A DNA stretch of 64,000 bases, taken from assembly GCA_963718665.1 (NCBI GenBank), contig OY970359.1:2368001-2432000 (forward strand). Reading direction: 5' to 3'. Source of the DNA: an uncultured Phycisphaerales bacterium. Lineage in GTDB: Bacteria > Planctomycetota > Phycisphaerae > Sedimentisphaerales > Anaerobacaceae. Of this stretch, positions 51,606 through 60,406 are shown in pieces. Every line of letters starts with the position of its first letter. Within the stretch, counting starts at the first letter, position 1. The position numbers and the translations under genes were made by a program. The notes beneath the pieces are model-generated. The model made no database searches, was not told the DNA's origin, and saw only the letters and a program-made list of their open reading frames with translations.

Positions 51606-52415
51606 GTGTCAGAGCGGAGACGGGGGAAAACCTTAGCGATTGTGGTGTTGCTATGTGCGGCTTCGGTTGCCAGCGCATTTCCTACCGTCATTTCAGGAAA
51701 TGCACCCGTCTGTTCTATATCCACATCAGACGACTGCGCCACCAATGTTATGATCTATTGCCTGGGCCCCAGTGCGGCCTGCGACCAGATAAGTGAATTG
51801 GGCAGGGTGATGCTCCAGCCGCCGTCCGGCAGTCAGATAACGGTAACATCAGAGAACCAGCGTTGCCTGCCCGCGTTGCCGTCGGCGATAGCAATGGTTC
51901 TGACGGGATTCATATGTATCTCTTTGATTCGGGACCGCAGGGCCTGGCTGGCTGTCCTGGCGGGGCTGCTGTGGGTGGGCCAGACAGGTATTTGGGCTTT
52001 GCCCGAAGTGACCTCACGGCTGAGCCGAAGAGTCCACAGCGGCCAACAAGTTAACACGGCACTTGCTGCCCCGTATCCTCTCGGAGGATGTTTCTATCCA
52101 GATAGTTACAATGAAGAGACCCGATATGCAGGTCTTTTGCACCACCTTGCCGGCATACCTCGAGACATCAGCACCTTCACAAATAACCGCACGGTACTTA
52201 TCAGGTATTTTTCCGGCGTGGCCGGTAAAGATACGCGAGCATTGCATCACGCGATTCTCGAATCGCAGCTTGTCTTAAGCCAGCTAACTAACTGTTTGGT
52301 TTCCGGAACCAGGCAGTTCGTTTGTTTCAAACCAGCATTCATTTCTTTCTGCCAATTACCGCGTGGCCCTCCTATATCCGCAGAGATACTTTTTGAAAAA
52401 CCCGCAGGAGTGTAA
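51606..52415 (+). CDS. Membrane protein with signal peptide, internal sorting-like motif and C-terminal RGPP (candidate arrest-peptide leader)
   Basis: GGAGG RBS + GTG; LAIVVLLCAASVASA; LPALPSA-TM-RDRR; second TM; LPRGPP. Confidence 0.7.
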   Translation: MSERRRGKTLAIVVLLCAASVASAFPTVISGNAPVCSISTSDDCATNVMIYCLGPSAACDQISELGRVMLQPPSGSQITVTSENQRCLPALPSAIAMVLTGFICISLIRDRRAWLAVLAGLLWVGQTGIWALPEVTSRLSRRVHSGQQVNTALAAPYPLGGCFYPDSYNEETRYAGLLHHLAGIPRDISTFTNNRTVLIRYFSGVAGKDTRALHHAILESQLVLSQLTNCLVSGTRQFVCFKPAFISFCQLPRGPPISAEILFEKPAGV

Positions 52416-52512
52416 TCGCGAAACACTTCTTGAAGGTTTGAATCGTTTTAATAAGGAAACCGGCATTTTTGCCGGAAAAGATAAATCGAAAAAAATAGAA
52501 AGGATGACAATT

Positions 52513-53142
52513 ATGAAAAAGTTACTTTTAATAACAACGTTGGTCGCCTTAATGACCGTTCCGGTCTTGGCGACACCAACTATTGACTTCAGCCAGTCCA
52601 CCGGCGGATGGAGTTATACGGCATCGGGTCCGGGCACAGGGACTTTTTCGTTCCAGCCTATGATTATCGTTGATCAGGGACTGGGCAGTAGTTTGGACCC
52701 GCTCGTTGGTAAAGAGGTAGTCATCCCTGACCTGACTCTAAGTGTACTGAACGTCCTTACTCCAGTAACCTCAACGATAAAAATTACGGATGGTTCAACA
52801 GATTATCTTACCGGTACGCTCGGCAGTGGGAATGCTTACATAGTTTTTGCGACCGTAACCGGCTATCCCGAAATCCAAGCTGATATAACGGGCGTTACAG
52901 TTATTAACACCATTTCATCGCCGGCTTTGGCAGCTATTGACTCATATCCATTGGACTTTGCTCTTTCATTGAATTTGGCTGGGGTAAATGTCCAAAATGC
53001 AATCAGTCTTGGTCATCCAAATCTCAGAGGCGGTTCAGTGGCAGGATCGATGAACATTATCGTTCCTGCTCCTGGTGCAATTCTGCTGGGCAGCATCGGT
53101 GTGGGTCTTGTCGGCTGGTTGCGAAGGAGAAGAACACTGTAA
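52513..53142 (+). CDS. PEP-CTERM-like (VPAPG variant) surface protein
   Basis: Signal peptide; Thr/Ser/Gly-rich; [26 protein letters not shown]. Confidence 0.9.
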   Translation: MKKLLLITTLVALMTVPVLATPTIDFSQSTGGWSYTASGPGTGTFSFQPMIIVDQGLGSSLDPLVGKEVVIPDLTLSVLNVLTPVTSTIKITDGSTDYLTGTLGSGNAYIVFATVTGYPEIQADITGVTVINTISSPALAAIDSYPLDFALSLNLAGVNVQNAISLGHPNLRGGSVAGSMNIIVPAPGAILLGSIGVGLVGWLRRRRTL

Positions 53143-53181
53143 GGAATTACCTTGATGAGTTTTTTAAGAAGAAAGATGATT

Positions 53182-53847
53182 ATGAAAAAGTTAATTTTAA
53201 TAATAGCTTTGCTGGCGCTAATGGCAACACCTGCGCTGGCGGCCCCAACTATCAACATCGGTAACCAAAGTCTCGGATACTGGAAGCAGGGCGACCCCGG
53301 CACTACATATCAAGTCTGGGATTTCACGCCAGCTTCCCAGAATCCAGGTAATCCTATCCAGTTCTTCCCTGAGCAAGAATTAAATCCCAATGACCCGGGC
53401 AATATGGTTTACGCACAGACACTTCCTGGTACCTGGGATGGAAGCAGCGCTCTCGTAAGCAGCGCGGACAACGGCAACAGGATTGTTGTAGACTTGAAAA
53501 TCAATAACTATGCAAACGCCAACCCCTATAAGTATATCTGGGTTGACTTAGGGCTAACAGGTGGCAGCATAGAAAATGCTACAGCGGCAGGAGATGATCC
53601 CACAGTCGACGTTACCTCCAGTCTCGTCGGATCTGCACCTAATGGAATAGGAACTAGTTTCGGCTTTTTACTCAGGCCAAATCCGAGCTTTGAAACAATA
53701 GTAATCACTATAGATGGTGGATCACTGGATTGGATTCACGTCGATACCATCTGCACCACCACCACCGTCCCTGCTCCGGGAGCAATTTTGCTGGGCAGCA
53801 TTGGCGTAGGTCTTGTCGGCTGGCTTCGAAGACGCAGGACTTTGTGA
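53182..53847 (+). CDS. PEP-CTERM-like (VPAPG variant) surface protein; paralog of 18724-19347
   Basis: Same tail as upstream gene; body SLGYW..G.PGTT...WDFTPAS shared with 18724. Confidence 0.9.
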   Translation: MKKLILIIALLALMATPALAAPTINIGNQSLGYWKQGDPGTTYQVWDFTPASQNPGNPIQFFPEQELNPNDPGNMVYAQTLPGTWDGSSALVSSADNGNRIVVDLKINNYANANPYKYIWVDLGLTGGSIENATAAGDDPTVDVTSSLVGSAPNGIGTSFGFLLRPNPSFETIVITIDGGSLDWIHVDTICTTTTVPAPGAILLGSIGVGLVGWLRRRRTL

Positions 53848-53880
53848 ACTTTTGAAGTTGGAACTGTGATGTAAAGCAAA

Positions 53881-53915
53881 GGGGCTGGGAATTACGACCC
53901 AGCCCCGTTTTTTTT
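53881..53915 (+). terminator. Intrinsic terminator
   Basis: GGGGCTGGG-8 nt-CCCAGCCCC then G and T8. Confidence 0.85.
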
Positions 53916-53941
53916 GCGCAGGTTTATCCGCCGCCCTTCTA

Positions 53942-54013
53942 ACCGCCGAGACCGCGAAGCACGCAGAGGTTATTTTTTGTTTTTTTCTCTGCGTTCTCAG
54001 CGTGCTCTGCGGT
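53942..54013. repeat. Imperfect inverted repeat with 9-nt internal periodicity (MITE/REP-like)
   Basis: ACCGCCGAGACCGCGAAGCACGCAGAG ... CTCTGCGTTCTCAGCGTGCTCTGCGGT. Confidence 0.7.
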
Positions 54014-54027
54014 AAATTCTTCTGTTT

Positions 54028-54312
54028 TTACCACAGCCAGTTTGCTGCCATAATAGCCAGGTCATTAAGGTCTACAATTCCATCGTTGTTCAAATCCTCG
54101 ATGACCTGCACCTCACAGGTTGCCAAGTTGGGCCAGGTCAAGGAAATCTACTCTGCCGTCAACGTTGAGGTCGGCGATATTACCGTTTTTGCTCGCCTGA
54201 GACGTCCCGCCGTAGGCGCCCATATTGATTCGTTATAAATAATATTGGCGTCCGAGACCGAAACGGCAAGGCAGACAATCATTGTTGTTATTAAAACTTT
54301 ATGCTTATACGT
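54028..54312 (-). pseudogene. Collapsed remnant of a secreted protein with dockerin-like C-terminus
   Basis: RBS AGGAG + ACG, signal-like segment; other frames give INMGAYGGTSQASK-IADLNVDGRVDFLDLA and EDLNNDGIVDLNDLAIMAANWLW*. Confidence 0.7.
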
Positions 54313-54328
54313 ATCCTCACTCCTTCTT

Positions 54329-55156
54329 TTAGGCCGGGGTGCAGAAACTAACAGTGGGGTTTCGCCAGCTCCCAATACCATCCCACCAGTTTGAGATGTG
54401 GTCAGTAATAGTCAGGTTCTGATATTTCTCCTTATACAATTCCAGCGCCATACCGTGAAGCCGGTGCATACAATCGAGTCCTCCAATTTGCCATGCGCGA
54501 ACACCTATACCCACTGCCTGACGTTCGGCTTGTGCAAAATTTGCCCTGTTCGCAGTCAGAAGCACTGTGAGCTTTTCGGCATCAGGCGTCAGAAGCACCT
54601 GCCAGCGGCGCCGGTCCTGCTCCTGTTGTGCAAACAGCCGGTTGAGCAGTTCCTCTCGGTTTCGTTGTCGTTCTTCCCGCTGGCGTTTGCCTTCGGCCAG
54701 GCGCTGGAGCCGGTGCTCTCGACTCGTGGGTGCAAGCGTCTCCAACATTGAGGCCAGAGGGTCTATGATAACCCACGTCAGGAACGTTACTGCCAACGTT
54801 CCAAGAGCAATACCAGAAAGGAACTGGGTGATTCTTGTCTCGCCGGCCATTGCGACGGCGCCGGTCAAAACACCCAGTAAAGGCACCGAGACGTAAAAAG
54901 CTAGGTAGGGGCCTGAGCTGGTAAGAGGGTGCTCAGCAGTCATTTTTTGGCCTGTGGCGGTTGCACCAAATATAGCGAACAGATACAAGCTGATTAACAG
55001 AAATATCAATAATGCCGATTGCCCGGATAGAGAAAATATGAGCCACCAGTTGAACCCCGCCTGGCGCATTATCAGCATCGAGAGATAACCCAGGCACACC
55101 ACAAACCAGATGGTGCCCGCAAGGTGAACCATTTTCAGCGTATTTCTCTGGTTCAT
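54329..55156 (-). CDS. Hypothetical membrane protein (4 TM + coiled coil)
   Basis: 275-aa ORF, hydrophobic segments, charged helical tail, WWDGIGSWR; downstream of wza on the same strand. Confidence 0.7.
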   Translation of the reverse strand: MNQRNTLKMVHLAGTIWFVVCLGYLSMLIMRQAGFNWWLIFSLSGQSALLIFLLISLYLFAIFGATATGQKMTAEHPLTSSGPYLAFYVSVPLLGVLTGAVAMAGETRITQFLSGIALGTLAVTFLTWVIIDPLASMLETLAPTSREHRLQRLAEGKRQREERQRNREELLNRLFAQQEQDRRRWQVLLTPDAEKLTVLLTANRANFAQAERQAVGIGVRAWQIGGLDCMHRLHGMALELYKEKYQNLTITDHISNWWDGIGSWRNPTVSFCTPA

Positions 55157-55215
55157 TTGCCCTCGTAGTCGCTTGACCGTAATACGGTAGTCAAGAGAAA
55201 GTCAGTCCATCTATA

Positions 55216-56007
55216 TTATTGTCCTTGTTGTTGTACGTAGTTGCCATAGCCACTGACGTTCTGCTGGTTAGTACCTCCAAAACCACTTTGCATGATATAG
55301 ACACCTGAAAAGGCCCTTGCGATGGGTCTGATTACCTCTTCTATCTTCATGCTTATTGCGGAGAGCACCGTTGGTGGGACATATATAACGTCGCCTTCCT
55401 GCAACAAAACGTTCTTGCCAAGCTCACCGTGCGCCATCATCCTGTCGAAGTCCACTTCAAATATCTTTGCTTTCACTTTTTCGTCCCCCGAGGGTCTTAT
55501 CACCTGGACTCTTCCCAGCCACGCCATCGGGTTAGGTTGTGCATCGGAAATGGCCGACATCACGCTGTCGCGACCAGTGTAGAGTTTAGACCCGGGCTGA
55601 TAGACCTGGCCGAGAACATAAAACACCTTGCTTTTGAAGGCGATGACGCGAACCTCGATGGGTTGGTCGCCGACGAGTGCATAAAGCGTTGAAGCTTTCT
55701 TCTGGATAGCGGCGGCAACTTCCTCCGGTGTTTTCCCTGCTGCCTGGAACTCGCCAAGTATCTCAAAGCTGAGTTTGCCGTCGGGCCGAATTCGCATACG
55801 CTGTGCATTTAACTCGGGGATTCTGGCGCAGTGCACTTCAATCTCATCCGGAGGTTGAAGAATATACTTTTCTGCGGTGACATCGGTCTGGTAGGGCTTC
55901 AAAAAAGCCTGTATATCTCGTGGATTCGATGAAAAACAGCCCGTAATAAAAAAAACAGTTGTCAAGAGCAGGAATGCGCGTATAATCCTGATTTGTAAAG
56001 ATAGCAT
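55216..56007 (-). CDS. wza: Wza-type polysaccharide export lipoprotein
   Basis: AGGAG RBS; lipobox FITGC; YILQPPD, IRPDGK, YVLGQV..PG, LQEGDVIYVP. Confidence 0.9.
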   Translation of the reverse strand: MLSLQIRIIRAFLLLTTVFFITGCFSSNPRDIQAFLKPYQTDVTAEKYILQPPDEIEVHCARIPELNAQRMRIRPDGKLSFEILGEFQAAGKTPEEVAAAIQKKASTLYALVGDQPIEVRVIAFKSKVFYVLGQVYQPGSKLYTGRDSVMSAISDAQPNPMAWLGRVQVIRPSGDEKVKAKIFEVDFDRMMAHGELGKNVLLQEGDVIYVPPTVLSAISMKIEEVIRPIARAFSGVYIMQSGFGGTNQQNVSGYGNYVQQQGQ

Positions 56008-56160
56008 TTTATTAGCTCCTTTCCCTTTTGTTATGTAATCCGTTGTTTTCACAAAGCCCATAATTGGCGCAACACTCTCCTTTTCATGAAATTATTATAT
56101 TATTATATCAATTGCTACGGCTTATGTCAAATTATTTATGAGATTTCTGGGTTGGTTTAT

Positions 56161-56309
56161 GAAGAGGGGCGAGAACCCGAGGGGGTTTGGGGGAGAAACT
56201 CCCCCATGTTGTCGGGGTGACCGTCGCAGGCGGACCAGAGGGGCAGAGCCCCTATGGAGAGCGAACGAAAGTGAGCGATGGGTTCAATGCCTAAGGCAGG
56301 AGCCCCTTC
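56161..56309. repeat. Highly structured GC-rich element bounded by inverted tRNA T-arm-like sequences
   Basis: AGGGGC/GCCCCT and GAACCC/GGGTTC outer stems; inner TGGGGGAG-aaa-CTCCCCCA, AGGGGC-aga-GCCCCT, TGCCT-a-AGGCA. Confidence 0.6.
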
Positions 56310-56373
56310 GGCCTCGTTGTTGCAATTTGAGGGCTGGTAAGCAGTTACGTTTGCCAGCTCTTTTGCATTTATG
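56300..56373 (+). repeat. Internal att-like copy: tRNA-Asp 3' 17 nt plus downstream hairpin
   Basis: Matches 17802-17875 with 5 mismatches over 74 nt. Confidence 0.9.
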
Positions 56374-56587
56374 ACCGTAGTATATAAAAATTCGTCTTAC
56401 GTTAAGTATTTAGTAAAGCTAATCTTATAATCAGCTTGTTTTGTTGAAGCTGGTCGATTTTCCAGCAGTTATGCAGTATAATTCATTTATCGGAAACGTC
56501 TTGGTGGGCTTTTGAAATCATACAGAAAGGCGGCCTGATGGATTGGATGAATATTTTTACAGTACGAGAATATCTTCTTTCCTATCC

Positions 56588-56725
56588 TTCAAATCACTCA
56601 CACGAACCGGTATCAGCAAAATCTCCGACCGCGGCCTCGGCATAGACCGATTCCGCCTTCTCACCCACTCCGAAATCAACTACCTCCGGAAATCCACCGC
56701 CGAAAAACACCCGGCTAAGGATTAA
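56588..56725 (+). pseudogene. Possible 3'-end fragment of an RluB/RsuA-family pseudouridine synthase
   Basis: KSLTRTGISKISDRGLGIDRFRLLTHSEINYL resembles L.R..IG.l....L..G..R.LT..E...L; no upstream body. Confidence 0.4.
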
Positions 56726-59567
56726 CATTAACCACATCGCGTCCGCTGAAACTGGCAAAATCGATTCCAAAAACCGTCTCGCCGGCAGCAGTTGCGAAAT
56801 TGGTCTTATTTATCGTCAGCGTAAACGTGCATTTGTTGAAATCAAAAGTCGCGGAGGCAATCCCTATAAGGGTGGAAGAATCATATAATTTCACCTTCGA
56901 GCAGGTGAATTTGTTTTTCCCGGCTTTGAAATTTCCCTCCGGTATCGTAAATGTCTGTGAACCAACGGTAACAGAGAACGAATGCGTTGCCATATTCTCA
57001 TCGTTAAGGTTTTCCACGGAGAACCCGCCGCTGACAGCAATCTGGGTGATGTTGCTCGTTATCTTATTGCGCGTGAATTTTGGCTTACCATCAACCCGCA
57101 GAGAATCCTTCACGCCCATCAAAAGGTTAATGGGTATGGGCGTTTTGGGGCCGTTGACTATTGTCTCGTTGACTTCGGCTGTCCCTGTCCAACCCCCAAC
57201 ATCTATCTCAATACCAACAGGGCAGGAAAGCCCCGTGAGGTCCACATTACTCGCCGAGAAGGAAAACGTCGTCTTCCTGGTATCGAAAGCAAAAGACATC
57301 TTCGAAGGTTTACTGGTTATCGTGCTGCTGAATTTGCCCTTCTTTAATGTCTTATTGTTGACTGGGAAGGTGAAAACACATGGGTCCATATCCTCAGCAT
57401 TCTCAGCTCTAATTGTAACCTCGACATTGGCATCGCTTGAGTTATTGGCGTCATTGAAATCATCCGCTGTGGCGCCCATCGTCCCTGAAAAGGAAATATT
57501 ATCGCTATTTACCTTACTGCCTGCAGTAACAGTGCATTTGATAATTGACACGGTATTTGAATTCGTGGAGACATAACCGGAATCCGATAAGCTGAAATCA
57601 CTTATCCCGCAACTGTTCTTGGCCTTGACCCAGTAGTAATACGTCGTCCCAGAGGTTACGCCGGAGTCATCAAAAGGCGATGTGTTGCTATCGCCTAACT
57701 TCGATGCCGAACCTGAACTTTTGCTGGTGCTGCGCCAGACCTCGTAACCGGTGGCATCTGAAGCCGAATCCCATGTTATTCTAATATGGTCGTTATATGT
57801 TCCATCGGTAGCAGATACGCCTGTGGGGGCCGATGGCACAGTGCAGGACGGTGAAGCATATCCTGAATCTGACGAGCTAAAGCCGCTTGTCCCGCAACTG
57901 TTCTTGGCCTTGACCCAGTAGTAATACGGTATGCCGGTAGATACGTTGCTGTCATCAAAAGGCGATGTATAATCACCTAACTTAAAGGCCGAACCTGAAT
58001 TGTTGCTGGTGTTGCGCCAGACCTCGTAATCGGTGGCGTCTGAAGCCGAATCCCATGTTACTATAATATGGTCGTTATATGTTCCATCGGTAGCAGATAC
58101 ACTTGTGGGAGCCGATGGCACAGTGCAGGACGGTGGTGGGGGTGGGGGTGGCGGCGTGGTCGTATGAGCATACCCTGAGTCCGACAAGCTAAAATCACTC
58201 GTCCCGCAGTCATTCCTGGCTTTCACCCAGTAGTAATACGTCGTCCCGGGAGTTACGCTGCTGTCACCAAAAGGTGATATTGTGGAATCACCTAACTTCG
58301 ATGCTGAGCTTGAATCGCTGTCATTGCTGCGCCAGACCTCATAGGCGGTGGCCCCGGAAACAGAATTCCAGGTGACCCGAACCTTATCTGTGTAAGTCCC
58401 GTCGCTGGCCGATACGCCTGTAGGAGCTGATGGAGGGGTGCAGATGGACTGCCAGGCGAGTTTTGGGTAATCCACGCCGGAGATTTGCCAGACAGAAGTG
58501 AAGTCCCACCCGGCGAAACTACTTTGCTGCTTCATTTGAGTATTCGTTAACGGCGTCCCAATACCGTTGTCAGGCCCGGCAGTATCCAGAAAATAGCTGT
58601 TTAAGATAAAGGTGCCATTATCGTCGTAAGTGAGATTGGTCCCAACCAGTCCGCCGATATCGGCATTATTAACTTCGACAGATACACTATCTGTTGAGTA
58701 GCAGTTGTTGATATCTCCCCAAAAGTTTATCCCTACCAGACCGCCGATACTCATGCAATTAGCTTCGTTTGTAACAGTCCCCGCCGAGTAACAATTTACG
58801 ATAATGCCTAAATAGTTTTTCCCTACCAGACCGCCGATGTATGAACTATTATTTCCGCCGGTAACAGCACTTGTCGAAAAACACATGTTGATAACACCAT
58901 TGCCGTAAATACCTCCTGCAAACCCGCCGATATAATTCGCATCATTGCCGCCGCTGACGGTACCTGCCGAATACGAATCGATAATATTGCCATCGTTAAC
59001 TTCCACCCCCACCAGCCCGCCCATATAGAAGGAATTATTTCCCCCGGCAACATCGCTATCAGAAAAACAGTTGCTGATAGTGCCCGCGTCTTCCCCTGCC
59101 AGTCCGCCGATAAAAGCTGAACCATTTCCGCCGGAGATGCTGAAATTTTCCAGCTGGAGATTTTCTATCTTACCCCCGGAACCAACAAATCCGAATAGTC
59201 CCAGGTAATTATTTCCGATTCCGCCGGTATTTATGGTCAGATTGCTGATTGTATGGCCGTTACCATCGAAAACACCGATGAACCTAACCCCGTCGAAACT
59301 GCTGTTTGTATTGTCCGTATCGGGCGCAATTATTGCGGCTGTAAATGTACCGGATGCGCTGAGGTCAATATCAGCCGTAAGAACAAAATTTGCGCCGTAA
59401 TCGCCTGTACTTAATGTCAGCAGGTCCGTCGCTGTGCCGATTTTGTATGGATCACCTGAAGTGCCCGACCCGCCGGAGTATTTGGCAAGGCAGACTTGGC
59501 CAAACAAAACCATCGCCGCAACAAACACAATTATCTGCCGTTTGGATATTCTTGTTTCTGAGTTCAT
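56715..59567 (-). CDS. Secreted protein (950 aa): GLUG-motif repeats, three FN3 domains, shared C-terminal domain
   Basis: Signal peptide; YSGGSGT..DPY; repeated IGGLVG; three SAPT.VSA.DGTY...YYYWVKA.N.CG repeats. Confidence 0.87.
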   Translation of the reverse strand: MNSETRISKRQIIVFVAAMVLFGQVCLAKYSGGSGTSGDPYKIGTATDLLTLSTGDYGANFVLTADIDLSASGTFTAAIIAPDTDNTNSSFDGVRFIGVFDGNGHTISNLTINTGGIGNNYLGLFGFVGSGGKIENLQLENFSISGGNGSAFIGGLAGEDAGTISNCFSDSDVAGGNNSFYMGGLVGVEVNDGNIIDSYSAGTVSGGNDANYIGGFAGGIYGNGVINMCFSTSAVTGGNNSSYIGGLVGKNYLGIIVNCYSAGTVTNEANCMSIGGLVGINFWGDINNCYSTDSVSVEVNNADIGGLVGTNLTYDDNGTFILNSYFLDTAGPDNGIGTPLTNTQMKQQSSFAGWDFTSVWQISGVDYPKLAWQSICTPPSAPTGVSASDGTYTDKVRVTWNSVSGATAYEVWRSNDSDSSSASKLGDSTISPFGDSSVTPGTTYYYWVKARNDCGTSDFSLSDSGYAHTTTPPPPPPPPSCTVPSAPTSVSATDGTYNDHIIVTWDSASDATDYEVWRNTSNNSGSAFKLGDYTSPFDDSNVSTGIPYYYWVKAKNSCGTSGFSSSDSGYASPSCTVPSAPTGVSATDGTYNDHIRITWDSASDATGYEVWRSTSKSSGSASKLGDSNTSPFDDSGVTSGTTYYYWVKAKNSCGISDFSLSDSGYVSTNSNTVSIIKCTVTAGSKVNSDNISFSGTMGATADDFNDANNSSDANVEVTIRAENAEDMDPCVFTFPVNNKTLKKGKFSSTITSKPSKMSFAFDTRKTTFSFSASNVDLTGLSCPVGIEIDVGGWTGTAEVNETIVNGPKTPIPINLLMGVKDSLRVDGKPKFTRNKITSNITQIAVSGGFSVENLNDENMATHSFSVTVGSQTFTIPEGNFKAGKNKFTCSKVKLYDSSTLIGIASATFDFNKCTFTLTINKTNFATAAGETVFGIDFASFSGRDVVNVNP

Positions 59568-60295
59568 TAGATATTTCCTTTAAATTTTCGAATTCAAAAT
59601 TTAATTATACACTGTCAAAATCATACCATAACAACCCCCTATTTCAACCACAAAACCACATGCTTACCCATTTTGCAAAACAAAGAAAAGCATTGCGCCA
59701 GCCCTTCCGAATCACGTTTTTATCGGATGTTCCTGAGTGCCGTAAGAAGAATTAAAAAAGTTTACTGTTAAATATCAGCAGAAGCTGAATGTTCGCTTTG
59801 CACAATTCAACAGGATGTAGATTGTAATCTGAATAGCCGCGAAAAACCCGGCAAATGATCAAAGAGCAACACTATAAAAAGGATAATCGCGTGCAAAACC
59901 GGCTCAAACCCTGTACTATAAAAAAACTCATCCGACGTGAAGTTTTGAGGACACCTGACCTTAAAGCAGCTTATTTCATTGAAATTGGTCAACGTAACGT
60001 AGTCTTCTTATACGGCTTAAGCCACCGCGCACCATTTTTTCCGGAAGGTATTTTTCGTGTGAAGCGGCCACGAGCGTGCCCCCGCTAGTGGATCACAGAG
60101 ATAACTTTCTGGCCCACAGGGGAACAGTTCTCAATAGCGTTTTGCTTAAGTAAAAAAGATTAATCCGAGCCATCGATTTGCAACAGACATGCTCGTTTGA
60201 GCTACTGTTACGCTTCGGTTGCGCTTCGGTCAGCATCATAAGTCTTTATTTGACAAGCATAAACCGTTTATTCACAAATACTTACAAAACCCCGA

Positions 60296-60343
60296 ATCGG
60301 ACTGTCGATCCGAAGGTTGAGGGTTCGAGCCCCTTCGGCCTCG
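60296..60343 (+). repeat. attR-like duplication of tRNA-Asp 3' portion (48 bp)
   Basis: Identical to 17771-17818; lacks 5' acceptor strand and D arm. Confidence 0.93.
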
Positions 60344-60406
60344 CTTGCAGAAATAAAACATGATGCCTTTGCGGCGACCTGTTTTGTTGAGCCAATCATC
60401 AGGATA

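Larger units (their letters stand above)
17771..60343. mobile_element. Genomic island integrated at tRNA-Asp (nested; no intact integrase recognised)
   Basis: 48-bp exact direct repeat 17771-17818 / 60296-60343; internal copy at 56300; accessory content, pseudogenes, AT-rich blocks. Confidence 0.8.

Noticed and set aside
18724..53847. Diversity-generating retroelement explaining the paralogous segments
   Set aside because: No reverse transcriptase; differences include indels and are not adenine-specific
54110..54120. TGA recoding in the dockerin-like remnant
   Set aside because: The next repeat is in another frame and other genes use TGA as stop; decay is simpler
56800..57576. 258-aa plus-strand ORF
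   Set aside because: Antisense shadow of the 950-aa gene's C-terminal domain
59807..60200. Integrase remnant next to attR
   Set aside because: Short frames without recognisable tyrosine-recombinase motifs; cannot support
60296..60343. Second tRNA-Asp gene
   Set aside because: 5' acceptor strand and D arm are missing; treated as att duplication
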